From an uncultured Hormoscilla sp. (GTDB taxonomy: Bacteria; Cyanobacteriota; Cyanobacteriia; Cyanobacteriales; Desertifilaceae), in contig OZ001293.3 in assembly GCA_963921275.4 (NCBI GenBank), forward strand, positions 2,336,001 to 2,400,000: 64,000 nucleotides of DNA, read 5' to 3'. Positions 36,778 through 47,774 of this stretch are shown here, piece by piece. Under the pieces are notes generated by a model, which was given only the letters and a program-made list of their open reading frames with translations, had not been told where the DNA came from and made no database searches. The position numbers and the translations under genes are program-made. Every line of letters starts with the position of its first letter. The first letter of the stretch is position 1.

Positions 36778-38355
36778 CTATTTTTGAAACGGCTGATAGT
36801 CGAGTAGAAGGCGCAGATTTTCAGGGGTAAAATAAAATTCCAGGAATTTGGACATGAAATGTTCTGCATCAAAACCTGCAGTTGAATCACCCTCATAAGA
36901 GGCCATCATTTTTTTCACATTGGTTGCATAAACATCCGCTCCGAATGCGCTGTCAATGGCTTTTGATACCTTTTGAGGATCTCTTGCCTGGTCCTTGAAC
37001 CCGGTTTCCAGGGCATCGAAAACCGGTTCGTTCAGGGACTGGATTTTTTTGATAATGTCCATGTCCAGGTTTTCAACAAACTTGAGCTGTGCTGATGCTG
37101 AAAGAAAAGAAAAATCCACATTTTCCTCTACAAACAGGTCCTGAAAGAATTTCTCCACCTTTGACCTGTGCTCTTCAGCCAGCTTGAAGTGACCGGCCAG
37201 CAGGTTGACCTTTTCCAGATAACGCTTCAGATGGGTTTCCCGTGTTTCCCGATCCACAGGCACTTTAAGCGAACCGTAATAGTGGTGGGGCAGGTCATGG
37301 AGTATTTCAACAAAGTCCTCCATAATGTAGATTTTCTTGGCATAAACAGGACGGCCGAACATGGGGAATTCCAGATAGGGCAGGCCGAATCCTTCCATAA
37401 CCGAGCAGGAGATAATCAGATCGCTTGCTGCAGCCAGATCGCGCAGTGCAAAATCCTTTCCTACATGATCGATACCGAATCCGGCAGCACCCAGCTTGTA
37501 CTTGCGGATGGCATTGAAGACCATGTCCTCATAGGGTTTGTCATCCGGAGAGTCAGCAGGCAGAGTGATCGTGAAAGTCAGTTCCTTGCGTGCGCAGAGT
37601 GCCACCAGAAAGGTCTCAAGCAGATTTTTCCTGCGGATAGTACGTCCGGCAAAGAGCAGCCAGGGACGGTCAGGATCGAATGTATAATTGTTCTTTTCTG
37701 CGTATCCTTTAAGCACCTCGCCGATCTCCTGTTTGCTTTTCTGAGGTACATGGGACTCGATCAGCAGCGGATCGGGAACATAAAAGAGATGGTCTGAAGG
37801 CATACCGCTTTCCAGATAGGCCCGGTAGTCGATTTTATTGATGACCATCCAGCGGGTACCGGGTGAATCAAAATAATAGGGCTCGGACAGGCTGGAATAC
37901 ATATGGTCCAGATTGGGCCAGCGGCCCTGTTCAGCGCTGTCATGCACATGCATCCAGATTTTCTGGTCCGGGACTTCCCGTGCGAGTTTCTTGAGCGCCA
38001 GGGTATAGGCCGCATTTTTTCCAAGGGTCGGGTTCTGGGCCCAGAGCACCTTGCCGCCTGCGCCAATGGCCTTGAACTGCTCCTTGACCTTTTCAGCCGC
38101 ATCTTCTACCTTGCCCATGGAATCGTCCCAGTAGAAAATTTCCCGGATGATGTCCAGTTCGATCTTAATGTCGTTTTTCAGACCTTTTTTAAGAGCATCA
38201 AAAAACCACTCGCTCTTTTCCTCAGAACCGAGAACAAACTGAATCTCGTCCTTGATATAGCCCTTTTCCACGAGCAGAAAGATGGTGTTGAGGATCAGTG
38301 TGGACACGCAGCCCGGGTACATATGGTAGTGCATTAAAACAGGACGAAAATCCAT
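36778..38355 (-). CDS. GT-B (GT4-like) glycosyltransferase, foreign composition
   Basis: AQNPTLGKN, LFAGRTIRRKNL, SVMEGFGLPYLE. Confidence 0.8.
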   Translation of the reverse strand: MDFRPVLMHYHMYPGCVSTLILNTIFLLVEKGYIKDEIQFVLGSEEKSEWFFDALKKGLKNDIKIELDIIREIFYWDDSMGKVEDAAEKVKEQFKAIGAGGKVLWAQNPTLGKNAAYTLALKKLAREVPDQKIWMHVHDSAEQGRWPNLDHMYSSLSEPYYFDSPGTRWMVINKIDYRAYLESGMPSDHLFYVPDPLLIESHVPQKSKQEIGEVLKGYAEKNNYTFDPDRPWLLFAGRTIRRKNLLETFLVALCARKELTFTITLPADSPDDKPYEDMVFNAIRKYKLGAAGFGIDHVGKDFALRDLAAASDLIISCSVMEGFGLPYLEFPMFGRPVYAKKIYIMEDFVEILHDLPHHYYGSLKVPVDRETRETHLKRYLEKVNLLAGHFKLAEEHRSKVEKFFQDLFVEENVDFSFLSASAQLKFVENLDMDIIKKIQSLNEPVFDALETGFKDQARDPQKVSKAIDSAFGADVYATNVKKMMASYEGDSTAGFDAEHFMSKFLEFYFTPENLRLLLDYQPFQK

Positions 38356-38462
38356 AATAAATCCTTTCAAATTATAAAATTTACAGAGACTCAGAGACTC
38401 AGAGGTGTTAAATCCTCCAATCAAATTATTAATTTGATTGGTATGACCTCTGTGGCAAATCT

Positions 38463-39941
38463 TTATCCTTTTAATTCCTTTATTCTGTCGAGGATGGCAG
38501 CGCGGCCGTTGTAGAAATCCATAGCCATGTTCTTCACAACATCATCCACCTGTTCATTGTAGAACTGCTCTGCTTTAGCAGCATCTACACCTAGTGAGCT
38601 CTGCGCACCCTCGATCTGCTCAACCGTTTTCAGACCCAGTTCGTAGAGCTTGAGTTTGCAAAATTCCAGGAAAGCGGCTGTATACAGGTAGTTAAGGGCC
38701 TTTTTCGCATTATCAAGGTCTTCGGTTGCAATAATGTAGCCTACAGCTTCATACAGAATGTCGATCCAGTCCTTTTCTGAAATGTTCATGAAGAGCGGAT
38801 CGTCCTGACCGGCCTTGGCAGCCTCAGAGAGTTTTGCATAGTTGTCCTTGACAATCTGGAGTGTTTCAGGACGGAGCACCTTTTCCATGAACGGAAGGAA
38901 ATCATTGAATTTGTCTAGAAGTGACGCGCGCTTTGCGTCAATGTTGAATACATCGGTTTCACCGGGATCGATAAAGCTGATACCGGTTTTGTCTGGTCCC
39001 CAAGGCACTACCGTATCGAGAGGTTTATCTTCACCCATGAGTTTTGACACCCTACCGTCTTTTTTCTCATAATAGAGGATCCGTTCCAAGGCTGCACCAA
39101 TTACCTCTCCGGGCATAACAGAAAGTTTGGCATCATCAGTGACATCGTGCAGTTTGGCCCCCAGATAGACTTCGTAGATTACTGTGTCATGGGCAATGTT
39201 GTCAAATGTGGTTGAGATATCAGTGCCATACCTACGGCGGGCATCGTTCCACTCTGTAATGGTTTCCAGCTCCACAGCACCCCTGCTCAAAACAATATCA
39301 CCGGAAATGCCGCCCGGTACATATTTGCCGATAAGAGTGGTCAGCGGTCCGACCACATTACGGGTCAAAGAAGCATCCACTTTGTGGCGTGCGTAACGGG
39401 CTGTGATGAAATAGTTCTTTCCGGGAAATTCCTTTTCATGACTCTCAATCACTCTTTTATAAACACCCTGCCATTCCTTCATGTCATTACGCAGGTCGCC
39501 GTCCAGCAGGATAAGGGTCTGTGCATCGGTTTTCATGAATTCCTCAAAAACCATCTTCAAAGCGCTTCCCTTGCCGGGTGTGGCATCACCGCCGTAACCC
39601 TCGTAGGGGCCAGCAAAGACGAGTACATTGTCTTTTTTATCATCCGGCAGGCCAGCAATAGTGTTTTTCCCTGTTTCCAGAGCAGCTTCGATATCGCCTT
39701 TGGCGCCTGATTTCTCAGAATAGGTGCCGTCTGTAACAACAAAAGCCACCTTTTTACCTTCAAATACATCTACAGCTCCCTCAATGCCGATCTTAAGCTG
39801 GGATTTGATATTTTCAGCACATTCATAGGTGGGATGACCGATAATAATATCTGCGCCGAACTCTTTTAACAGTCCGCCAAGATATCCGGTCTCCGGGTTC
39901 AGTTCGCCCTGATAGATATTCTTTTCGATTTGGACGCTCAC
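38463..39941 (-). CDS. GT-A glycosyltransferase similar to glucosylglycerate/mannosylglycerate synthases
   Basis: IIIGHPTY, PGKGSAL, LLDGDLR, YARHKVDASLT, YGTDI, YLGAKLHD. Confidence 0.7.
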   Translation of the reverse strand: MSVQIEKNIYQGELNPETGYLGGLLKEFGADIIIGHPTYECAENIKSQLKIGIEGAVDVFEGKKVAFVVTDGTYSEKSGAKGDIEAALETGKNTIAGLPDDKKDNVLVFAGPYEGYGGDATPGKGSALKMVFEEFMKTDAQTLILLDGDLRNDMKEWQGVYKRVIESHEKEFPGKNYFITARYARHKVDASLTRNVVGPLTTLIGKYVPGGISGDIVLSRGAVELETITEWNDARRRYGTDISTTFDNIAHDTVIYEVYLGAKLHDVTDDAKLSVMPGEVIGAALERILYYEKKDGRVSKLMGEDKPLDTVVPWGPDKTGISFIDPGETDVFNIDAKRASLLDKFNDFLPFMEKVLRPETLQIVKDNYAKLSEAAKAGQDDPLFMNISEKDWIDILYEAVGYIIATEDLDNAKKALNYLYTAAFLEFCKLKLYELGLKTVEQIEGAQSSLGVDAAKAEQFYNEQVDDVVKNMAMDFYNGRAAILDRIKELKG

Positions 39942-40113
39942 ATCAGACTCCTTTTTATTAATGACATATTGAAAAATGGACTGATTTTACTGCTAAAATT
40001 TAATATAGTATATGGGGTAATTTTTGTCAATTGAAAACCGGAATATTAATATACCTCTTGCAAAAGCCTCAGGGAGAGGGATGATAAATTAATTTAGTTT
40101 CGCCTAAATCTAC

Positions 40114-40250
40114 GGCACTGGTTCAGTCTAGTTAAATAAAAGCTCGAATGACCTACACAATCATGGTTTTAAGCTATTAGTTAAAAAAACGATCTAACCT
40201 TTTACTAGCATGGGATTGATCTGATTTTTTTATCAGGCTGAACCAGTGCC
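40114..40250. mobile_element. MITE, inverted copy of 36430-36562
   Basis: GGCACTGGTTCAG / CTGAACCAGTGCC TIRs. Confidence 0.8.
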
Positions 40251-40287
40251 GGGCCGACTGCGAAGTGAGAAAATTACAGGCTTGTAA

Positions 40288-41226
40288 CTATAACCAGGGA
40301 CTGGTAACTCGTTCCAGTTCAGCAACATCTTCGGGACTCAAATTCCAGCCCAAAGCCCCCGCATTCTGACGCGCCTGTTCGGCATTTTTAGCCCCCGGAA
40401 TGGGCACCACACCGCGAGCAATTAACCAGTTAAGAGCCACTTGCGCGGGGGTCTTTTCATACTGTTCCCCCAGCTGTTTTAATAAAGATAGTACGGGAGC
40501 GATTTTCCTCAAACCCTCTTTGCCAAAACGGCGATCGAGCTTGCGGGCACCTGTGGGAATGTGCTCAGCTGTATATTTACCAGTGAGTAAGCCTTGAGCC
40601 AAGGGGCTATAGGCCAGAATTGTCACTCCTAAGCCTTGGGCCGTTTCCAGAATGCCATTGCTTTCAATTTTCCGCACTAGCAGGGAATATTGCACTTGAT
40701 TCACTGCCAGGGGAACACCTCGGTCAGCCAGAAGTTTATGGGCTTCCCGCATTTGGTCAGCTGGATAGTTACTAACTCCCACTGCTTTTATTCTACCACT
40801 TTTGACTTCCTCTGCCAAGCTATTCATCAAAGTTGCTTGACTCATGAAGAAGCCGAAAGGTTGATGCACTTGGTAGAGTTCAACTTGTTCTAGCTGGAGG
40901 CGTTTTAAGCTAGCTGTCAGGGCCTCGGAAATAGATTTAGCGCTGAATCGCCAAGGCAGAGGAAAATATTTGGTGGCAATTTGGGGGCGACGCCCGGTCT
41001 CTTTCATAAACCGACCGATGAGGGATTCTGACTCTCCGAAGCCGTAAACTTCAGCAGTGTCAAAGAAGCTGATGCCGCTATCTAGGGTAGCATCAAAAGC
41101 TTGTCGCACCTGAGTAGCATCGTAGTCACCGCCGTAGCCCCAAAATAGCTTGTCGCCCCAGGACCAAGCGCCAATCCCCAGTTGGGTGACGGCTGGACCA
41201 TTCGGGCCTAAGTTAATAGTCTGCAT
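40288..41226 (-). CDS. Aldo/keto reductase
   Basis: FFDTAEVYG, AVGVSNY, AYSPLAQGLLTGK, VPIPGAK. Confidence 0.95.
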   Translation of the reverse strand: MQTINLGPNGPAVTQLGIGAWSWGDKLFWGYGGDYDATQVRQAFDATLDSGISFFDTAEVYGFGESESLIGRFMKETGRRPQIATKYFPLPWRFSAKSISEALTASLKRLQLEQVELYQVHQPFGFFMSQATLMNSLAEEVKSGRIKAVGVSNYPADQMREAHKLLADRGVPLAVNQVQYSLLVRKIESNGILETAQGLGVTILAYSPLAQGLLTGKYTAEHIPTGARKLDRRFGKEGLRKIAPVLSLLKQLGEQYEKTPAQVALNWLIARGVVPIPGAKNAEQARQNAGALGWNLSPEDVAELERVTSPWL

Positions 41227-41341
41227 TGTTTTTTACCTCGGCTGTTTACATTTGTTCATAGTGTATCGCGAAATTACCCCAGTAGAGGTGCCCAAAGAGG
41301 TTTATGATGAAAAGCGGTAAACCTTTAGTTTCAGTGAAAAA

Positions 41342-42778
41342 ATGGTAACTGGTGATATCGGCAAGTCGCAGTCAGCGTCGCAACTAAACCGGGAGGCAAT
41401 TCCCCCCATCAATTTGTTTACCATGTTTCGGCTGGGGTTATTCCAGATGGGACTGGGTATTATGTCACTGCTGACCTTGGGCGTGATTAACCGGGTGATG
41501 ATTGACGAACTGCGAGTTCCAGCGTTGATCGCAGCGGGGGCGATCGCCATGCACCAGTTTGTCTCCCCCGCCCGAGTCTGGTTCGGTCAGATGTCGGACG
41601 CGAAGCCGATCGCAGGCCACCACCGGACGGGCTATATCTGGATCGGCACGGCGCTGTTTACAGTCACATCTTTTCTGGCTTTGCAAGTAGTCTGGCAATT
41701 GGGAGACAGTGCAACGGCGACGGGTTGGAGTCCCGTAACCTACGCTTGGGCGGTCCTGCTAGCAGTGATGTTTGCCATATATGGGTTAGCCCTCGGTGCC
41801 AGTTCCACTCCTTTTGCGGCGCTGCTATTCGATGTCTCTGATGATGACAAGCGATCGAAATTAATCAGTATTGTCTGGTCCATGCTGATGGTGGGCATTA
41901 TAGTTGGTGCTATCATCACCAGTATCTTGCTGAAACAATTAGCCTTAGATGCCCCGTTAGCAGAGTTAAAAGCATCGATCGATCGGCTGTTTATCATCGT
42001 TCCAGCGATCGTCTTTACCATTGCCTTGCTAGCAACTGCTGGGGTAGAGAAGAAATATTCCCTCTACGCCACGCGATCGACTATAGTCAAGCGCGAGGAT
42101 AGCATTACATTGGGCAGGGCCCTGCGCGTGTTAACCGCAAGTCGGCAAACGGGAATATTTTTTAGCTTCCTGCTATTCATGAGTATCAGCTTGTTCATGC
42201 AAGACCCGGTTTTGGAACCCTATGGGGGCGAAGTGTTTGGCATGCAAATCTCTCAAACAGCCAGACTGAATGCTTTCTTCGGGATGGGAACGCTGGTGGG
42301 TATTGGTTCTACAGGTTTCTTGATTGTACCGCGCTTGGGCAAGCGGAACACTTGTTTTTGGGGCTGTATGGGCACGGCAGTCTGTTCGGGGTTACTGATT
42401 ATGTCGGGATTCACAGGTCAACCCAGTATGCTAATGACTAGCTTACTATTGTTTGGGCTGACTTCTGGAGTCCTGACTGCTGGGGCGATCGGCCTCATGC
42501 TGGACTTGACAGCGGCGGAAACAGCTGGTACATTTATCGGTGCTTGGGGACTAGCCCAGGCGATGGCCAGAGGACTGGCGACAGTGTTCGGTGGGGCAAT
42601 GTTGAATTTGGGTCAAATACTGTTTACAATGCCAGTGCAGGCTTACGGATTTGTTTTTGCAGTGCAAGCAACAGGACTGATAGTGGCAACCCAGTTGCTG
42701 AAGCGGGTGAATGTTCGGGAGTTTCAAACTAATGCTAAACAGGCGATCGCTGCTGTACTCGAAAGTGACCTAGATTGA
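41342..42778 (+). CDS. BCD/PucC family MFS transporter
   Basis: FRLGLFQMGLG, NRVMIDEL, HHRTGYI, AGTFIGAWGLAQA. Confidence 0.92.
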   Translation: MVTGDIGKSQSASQLNREAIPPINLFTMFRLGLFQMGLGIMSLLTLGVINRVMIDELRVPALIAAGAIAMHQFVSPARVWFGQMSDAKPIAGHHRTGYIWIGTALFTVTSFLALQVVWQLGDSATATGWSPVTYAWAVLLAVMFAIYGLALGASSTPFAALLFDVSDDDKRSKLISIVWSMLMVGIIVGAIITSILLKQLALDAPLAELKASIDRLFIIVPAIVFTIALLATAGVEKKYSLYATRSTIVKREDSITLGRALRVLTASRQTGIFFSFLLFMSISLFMQDPVLEPYGGEVFGMQISQTARLNAFFGMGTLVGIGSTGFLIVPRLGKRNTCFWGCMGTAVCSGLLIMSGFTGQPSMLMTSLLLFGLTSGVLTAGAIGLMLDLTAAETAGTFIGAWGLAQAMARGLATVFGGAMLNLGQILFTMPVQAYGFVFAVQATGLIVATQLLKRVNVREFQTNAKQAIAAVLESDLD

Positions 42779-42883
42779 ACAGTTGAGAATTGAGCAGGGA
42801 AAATTGAGAATTGCGTAGTCCGGATCGCCTGTCCGCAGGTTGTTATCCCTTGATGGCGACAATTCACAATTGACAATTCACAA

Positions 42884-43776
42884 ATGAACAATTTTTGGAA
42901 TCAAATTTTATATTTTGCTCAGAGGGCGACGGTGAGAGTGGGAAATCAGCTGTTGCAGGATTTTGGACGGGTTACCGCATCGGAAAAAGCGGATGGGAGT
43001 TTAGTCACCCAAGCAGATAAATGGGCCGATTTTTCTGAGGTTTGTAGTGAGGACTTCCGTCCTCACTACAAACCTCAGTGGGGGAACTAACAGAGGCGAT
43101 CGCGTCTGCATTTCCCAGTCACGGGGTGTTAAGTGAAGAAACCGCCCAGATTTTTCCGGATAATGAATGGTGCTGGATTATTGACCCGATCGACGGTACT
43201 ACTAATTTTACCCGGGGGATTCCGATTTGGGGAATTTCTCTAGGTTTACTCTACCAAGGAACCCCCGTATTTGGTTACGTACATCTGCCCCCGATCAGGC
43301 AAGCATTTCACGGTTTTTGGGGGAAATATCCAGCACTCTATCTCCCGAAAAATCAAGCATTTCTGAATCAGCGTCCCATCCGCACTAGTGAGGATAGTCC
43401 TAGCAGCAATCACTTCTTTAATCTATGTGCTAGAAGTACAGATGTGCTGAGGAGATCGCCCGCATTTCCCTGTAAAATCAGGATGCTAGGAGTTGCGACT
43501 TACAACATGCTCAGCGTAGCAGCAGGAATTGCCATTGGTGGGGTAGAAGCAACCCCAAAAATCTGGGATATAGCGGCAGTCTGGGCCATTGTCCGAGCTG
43601 CTGGGGGAGAGTGGATATCGCTGCAAGAAGAAGCAATCTTTCCCCTCACCGTAGGGTCAAATTACAGCAGTCGTTCCTATCCCACCTTAGTAGTGAGTCG
43701 GACTGAATTGGTGCCAGTATTTCAACCTTTGGTGGAATTTATTGCCCAACCACAAATCAATACAATACCATCATAG
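42884..43776 (+). pseudogene. Inositol monophosphatase family gene frameshifted by a palindromic insertion at 43035-43078
   Basis: KADGSLVTQADKWAD, then the insertion, then ELTEAIASAFP...LSEE...WIIDPIDGTTNF...IWDIAA in another frame. Confidence 0.85.
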
Positions 43777-43815
43777 GACTGATGTCAGTTTCATGTAGAA
43801 TAAAATGGAGAAACT

Positions 43816-44124
43816 ATGGCATTCACAAAGCAAACTATGCAGTTACTGTTTCCCAAACAAGAGCGGCGATCGCGCCGGAATCTGCTGCTCCGACTGATTA
43901 TAGGCACTCCGACCCTAGTTGTCAGCACTACAGCTTACTACAGTTATCAAATTGTGCGTAGCTTGGTACTGGAAAATATCAAAGAAAATGCTTTCTCGAA
44001 AGTGCGGGAAGTGGTTAACAAACTTGATGAATGGCTGGCAATTCTAAAAGCAGAAGTGGCAACGATCGCGGCCAGTACCATCACAGGGACAATGGACTGG
44101 ATGCCTTCGGGGTTTTTGCGTTAG
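43816..44124 (+). pseudogene. N-terminal fragment of a Cache-type sensor protein
   Basis: TM helix plus start of a periplasmic domain (LDEWLAILKAEVATIA...TMDW), cut at a short GC-rich palindrome (~44100-44162). Confidence 0.6.
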
Positions 44125-44279
44125 CGCAGCGGCTGCGCAGCCGCTAGCATCCCGAAGGCATCGAAGTGTTTTCATACTTATATCGTATCAGAGCGCGATC
44201 GCCCCGTAATAAAACTTATCAAATCTCGTGGAGTTGATAGCGGATACTAAATATAGAACCTATGATAGTGGAGTATCCT

Positions 44280-44585
44280 ATGTCCGAAGCAACCCCCGTC
44301 AAACCCGCAGTTTTGCTTACCATCATTAGCGAGACAGTATTGAGAGACAGGATAGTCAAGCTACTGAAACAGCAAGGTATCACCGGATATACCATCAATC
44401 AAGTGCAAGGAGAAGGCTCTCACGGCAAACGCATGGGTGATATCCCTGGCTATGATACAAATTTTGAGCTGAAGACGATCGTGTCCCCCGAAACATCTGA
44501 TGTTATCCTCGATCTCTTAAAAGAGCAGAAAGGAAACCACGCCTTGATCGCCTACCGACAGAATGTGAAAGTATTGATTGATTAA
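44280..44585 (+). CDS. P-II-like (SbtB-like) signal protein
   Basis: LLTIISETVLRDRIVKLLKQQGITGYTINQVQGEGSHGKR. Confidence 0.75.
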   Translation: MSEATPVKPAVLLTIISETVLRDRIVKLLKQQGITGYTINQVQGEGSHGKRMGDIPGYDTNFELKTIVSPETSDVILDLLKEQKGNHALIAYRQNVKVLID

Positions 44586-44690
44586 TTGTAGGGTGGGCAC
44601 CGCCCACCATCTGATATTGAGATAAATAGACAACATCATCACATGTCTTGGTTGGGTTTCCCCAGGTTACCCAACCGACAACATCATCTA

Positions 44691-45500
44691 TTATTTTAAC
44701 AGCCAATCTAGTTGTTGTTCCAGACAAGCAAGGGCTTCAGATATCTGCACCTGCCGAAAGGAGCCATAAAAGCGACTGACACTACCGAAAAGTTCCGGAG
44801 TGGCTAAAACAATCACCCGATCGCCCCAGCCGTACAGTTCTTCCAGCAAGCTCTTGGGTGCCACCGGCGCACAGATCCAGATTTGGGCGGGATCTTGCAG
44901 TCGCAGGGCCTTAATTGCTACTGCCATCGTCATCCCCGTAGCAATGCCATCATCAACCAAAAGGGCGATCGCCCCAGTCGGATTAAGCTCTTTTTTGGGC
45001 AATGGGGAGTGATTTAAGAGGATCTCGCCTGTATCAAGAGATACAGCAGGGCGGTTAGAGGCAAGCTGGGCCAGTTGAGATACTGCTTTTTCTTGGGCTT
45101 GCAGCTGCTGGGTTTCCCGTAAACTAGGTTCATCGATCCCCCCTAACCCCCCTTCCTCTAAGGGGGGAACCGCTTGGCTCAGTTTGGGCAAATCATCTAT
45201 AACGTTCTGTGTAGACCAGATTACCTGTCCGCAGGCAGTCACCGCGCCAATAGCTAACTCCCGATTAGAGGGTTTGGTAATCTTTTTCGCCACCACCACA
45301 TCCAGAGGACAACCCAAAGTCCGGGCGATCGGCACAGCAACTGGCAAACCCCCCCGAGGTAGAGCATAAGCAATTGTGCTGGGCGGTGCTCCCCCAGCCT
45401 GATGCAACTGGGCGATCTGGACGGCAACTACTTCAGCTAGCTGCTGTCCGGCATCCTGGCGATCGGCAAATCTAAAATCAGGTAACATAAGCTTTGGCAC
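44691..45500 (-). CDS. Phosphoribosyltransferase family protein with an in-frame REP-derived insert
   Basis: FADRQDAGQQLA, ALPRGGLPVA, LVDDGIATGMT; PPLEEGGLGG is encoded by a C/G-run repeat at ~45137-45170. Confidence 0.88.
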   Translation of the reverse strand: MPKLMLPDFRFADRQDAGQQLAEVVAVQIAQLHQAGGAPPSTIAYALPRGGLPVAVPIARTLGCPLDVVVAKKITKPSNRELAIGAVTACGQVIWSTQNVIDDLPKLSQAVPPLEEGGLGGIDEPSLRETQQLQAQEKAVSQLAQLASNRPAVSLDTGEILLNHSPLPKKELNPTGAIALLVDDGIATGMTMAVAIKALRLQDPAQIWICAPVAPKSLLEELYGWGDRVIVLATPELFGSVSRFYGSFRQVQISEALACLEQQLDWLLK

Positions 45501-45574
45501 CAGATGGGCTTATTTCTATTTTGGCTCATTTTTGCCGCTCTGAGTCGATCGAATCATACTTGCTCTTGAAATTC

Positions 45575-46363
45575 ATGGCTAACGAAGAACAACTCAGTCG
45601 GTTTGACCACTCAAATTTTAGCTCTCCCGCAGCACCAGCAACATCTGCTTCGATGTCTCCGGAGAGCGCTACTCGCACTACTCCGGAGACATCGATCGAA
45701 CAATTAATTGCCCAGATCCAGTCCGAAGCCGAACGTGCGCCCTTTCCCATCGACGAACCAGTATATCAGGCTGCCAACTTAAAACCAACCCAAGCTATTC
45801 TCTATGCTGGCAATTTAGCAAGTCAGCTGTGCTTTTTTGGCCGGGATCTAGGCAAAGATGAAGTTCATGCCCGTCAACCGCTATACGGTGCTGCTGGCCG
45901 GTTAGTGCGTCAGGGGGTTTACCGCGCCGTTTATCACCAAGAGTCCAGCCAAAATGAAGAATTGTTAGCTGTCTGCGACCATGTCCTGCTCACTAACACT
46001 GTACCTTACAAACCCCCTGGTAATAAAGCCTATCTAGCTGGCGTCAAAAATAGATTTCGTCCTTTTATCGAGCGTCTGCTGGTAATTCACTGGCAAGGAA
46101 ATCAAATCATTACCCTGGGGACTGAAGCCTGCAAATGGTTTATTCCCTATGGCGCTAAAGGAGAAGTGACTAGCTTTTTCCAACGGGACGATCGCTACAC
46201 AGCCAGCTTGCAAGTAACCCTGCGAGGTTTAGATTATCTCAGACAGCCCCATGAAAAGCAAGTAACGCTGTTACCTCTGCCCCACCCATCCCCTTTGAAT
46301 GAAAAATACTATGCCAAATTTCCCGAGATGCTTCAGCAGCACCTTGGGGAAATCTTCCCGTGA
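45575..46363 (+). CDS. Uracil-DNA glycosylase superfamily protein
   Basis: FFGRDLGKDE, LLTNTVPYKP, IITLG, PLPHPSPLN. Confidence 0.8.
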   Translation: MANEEQLSRFDHSNFSSPAAPATSASMSPESATRTTPETSIEQLIAQIQSEAERAPFPIDEPVYQAANLKPTQAILYAGNLASQLCFFGRDLGKDEVHARQPLYGAAGRLVRQGVYRAVYHQESSQNEELLAVCDHVLLTNTVPYKPPGNKAYLAGVKNRFRPFIERLLVIHWQGNQIITLGTEACKWFIPYGAKGEVTSFFQRDDRYTASLQVTLRGLDYLRQPHEKQVTLLPLPHPSPLNEKYYAKFPEMLQQHLGEIFP

Positions 46364-46469
46364 CGCCTGCCCGGCATTAAGGACTTGGTTGCGTAATTTT
46401 ATAGACGCGATCGCACCGCAATACTTCTCGGTTAATAACTTGTCCGGAGCCCAACCTGGGAGATCCCTT

Positions 46470-46975
46470 TACTTACCAGTTAGTCTCCGGCAACAACGCC
46501 TTCACCATAGTAGGGGACCAACTGCTAACTAACAGTTCTTTGGACTTTGAGACCCAGTCGATTTACAGGATATTCGTCCAGACTACCGACTCGACTGGGG
46601 CCAGTTACTCGGAGGCCTTGATTATTAATGTGAACAATGTTGCCTCTTCTCCTACCGACATAGTCCTTAGCAACAGCAGCATCAATTCCTACTCTCCATT
46701 GGGTAGCATCGTGGGGACTTTCGGAACTAGCGACCCCGACTCTGGAAATACCTTTACCTACCGGTTAATCTCCGGCTTTGGTGCCGATGATAACGCTGCT
46801 TTCACCATAGTAGGGGACCAACTGCTAATTAACAGTTCTTTGGACTTTGAGACCCAGTCGAGTTACAGCATCCGCGTCCAGACTACCGACGTTACTGGGG
46901 CCAGTTACTCGGAGGTCTTGACTATTAACGTCAACGATGTTGCCTCTTCTCCTACCGACCTCAACCTCAGCAACA
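46470..46975 (+). pseudogene. Fragment of a cadherin-repeat surface protein
   Basis: Repeated AFTIVGDQLLINSSLDFETQSSYSIRVQTTD; no start; next to a lone MITE TIR at ~46419. Confidence 0.8.
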
Positions 46976-47774
46976 CTGCCCAAGTCCCACCCTTGCCAAA
47001 AGCAGAACTAACCACTAAGGCATGATCAGCTAAGCCATAGATATACTTATTTCGCTCCATCGCATTGCCCACATTGAAGCTAGCATTCGGATCGTAAGCA
47101 GAAATTAAAGTCAATCTGCCCTCTTTAATACTTGGCCGATACTTGCCATTCACTGCCGCCTTAGTCAAGCTGTCAGCTAACACGCCCACAGCAGTTCCAC
47201 CTGCCTCTAATACCCCCAGCATCGACGCTTCATCTACCCCACGAGCCCCACCAGAAACTACCTGCATTCCTTGTGCTGCGCAAGTCCGGGCAACTTGCCG
47301 AGTATAGTCTAGTTCTTCTGACGAGACATCGCGAGAACCGACAACTGCTAGCCCTCCCTTATTCAACAGTTCCATATTGCCTACCCCATAGAAAATAGCC
47401 GGGGCTAACTGTTTTAATTTCTTCTTGATAACCCGGGGATATCTGGCGTCAGCCCGTCCCAGCACCCACAGCCCCTGACTTGTCCATTTCTCAACTGCCA
47501 AACTCAGCATCATCCCCCGTTCTAGTAGCGCTACTAGCCTGGCTGTATCTACCTTGCCTATGGTATTTTGAGGTAAGGAATTTATCTTTATCGACTCCAG
47601 CAAATCCTTTGGACTCATTTGATTTTCCCGCAGCCAACCCGCTACAGTATTATATTCGCCCAGGGTCAGAGGTTGCGGTTTGGTTTGCCGAGGCTGTCCG
47701 AACTGGGCGCACAACAGGAGAATAGCTTCAGTATCTGGCGAAAACCGGCGATCGTCCATAATTTCTCTTATCAT
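46905..47774 (-). pseudogene. dprA: DprA/Smf family protein, 3'-truncated at ~46975 against the cadherin fragment
   Basis: LAVVGSR, VVSGGARGVD, AMERNKYIYGLA, KGGTWA then unrelated sequence. Confidence 0.85.

Noticed and set aside
37168..38337. Long plus-strand ORFs (209 aa and 144 aa) in the foreign island
   Set aside because: They are antisense to the glycosyltransferase and carry no recognisable motifs.
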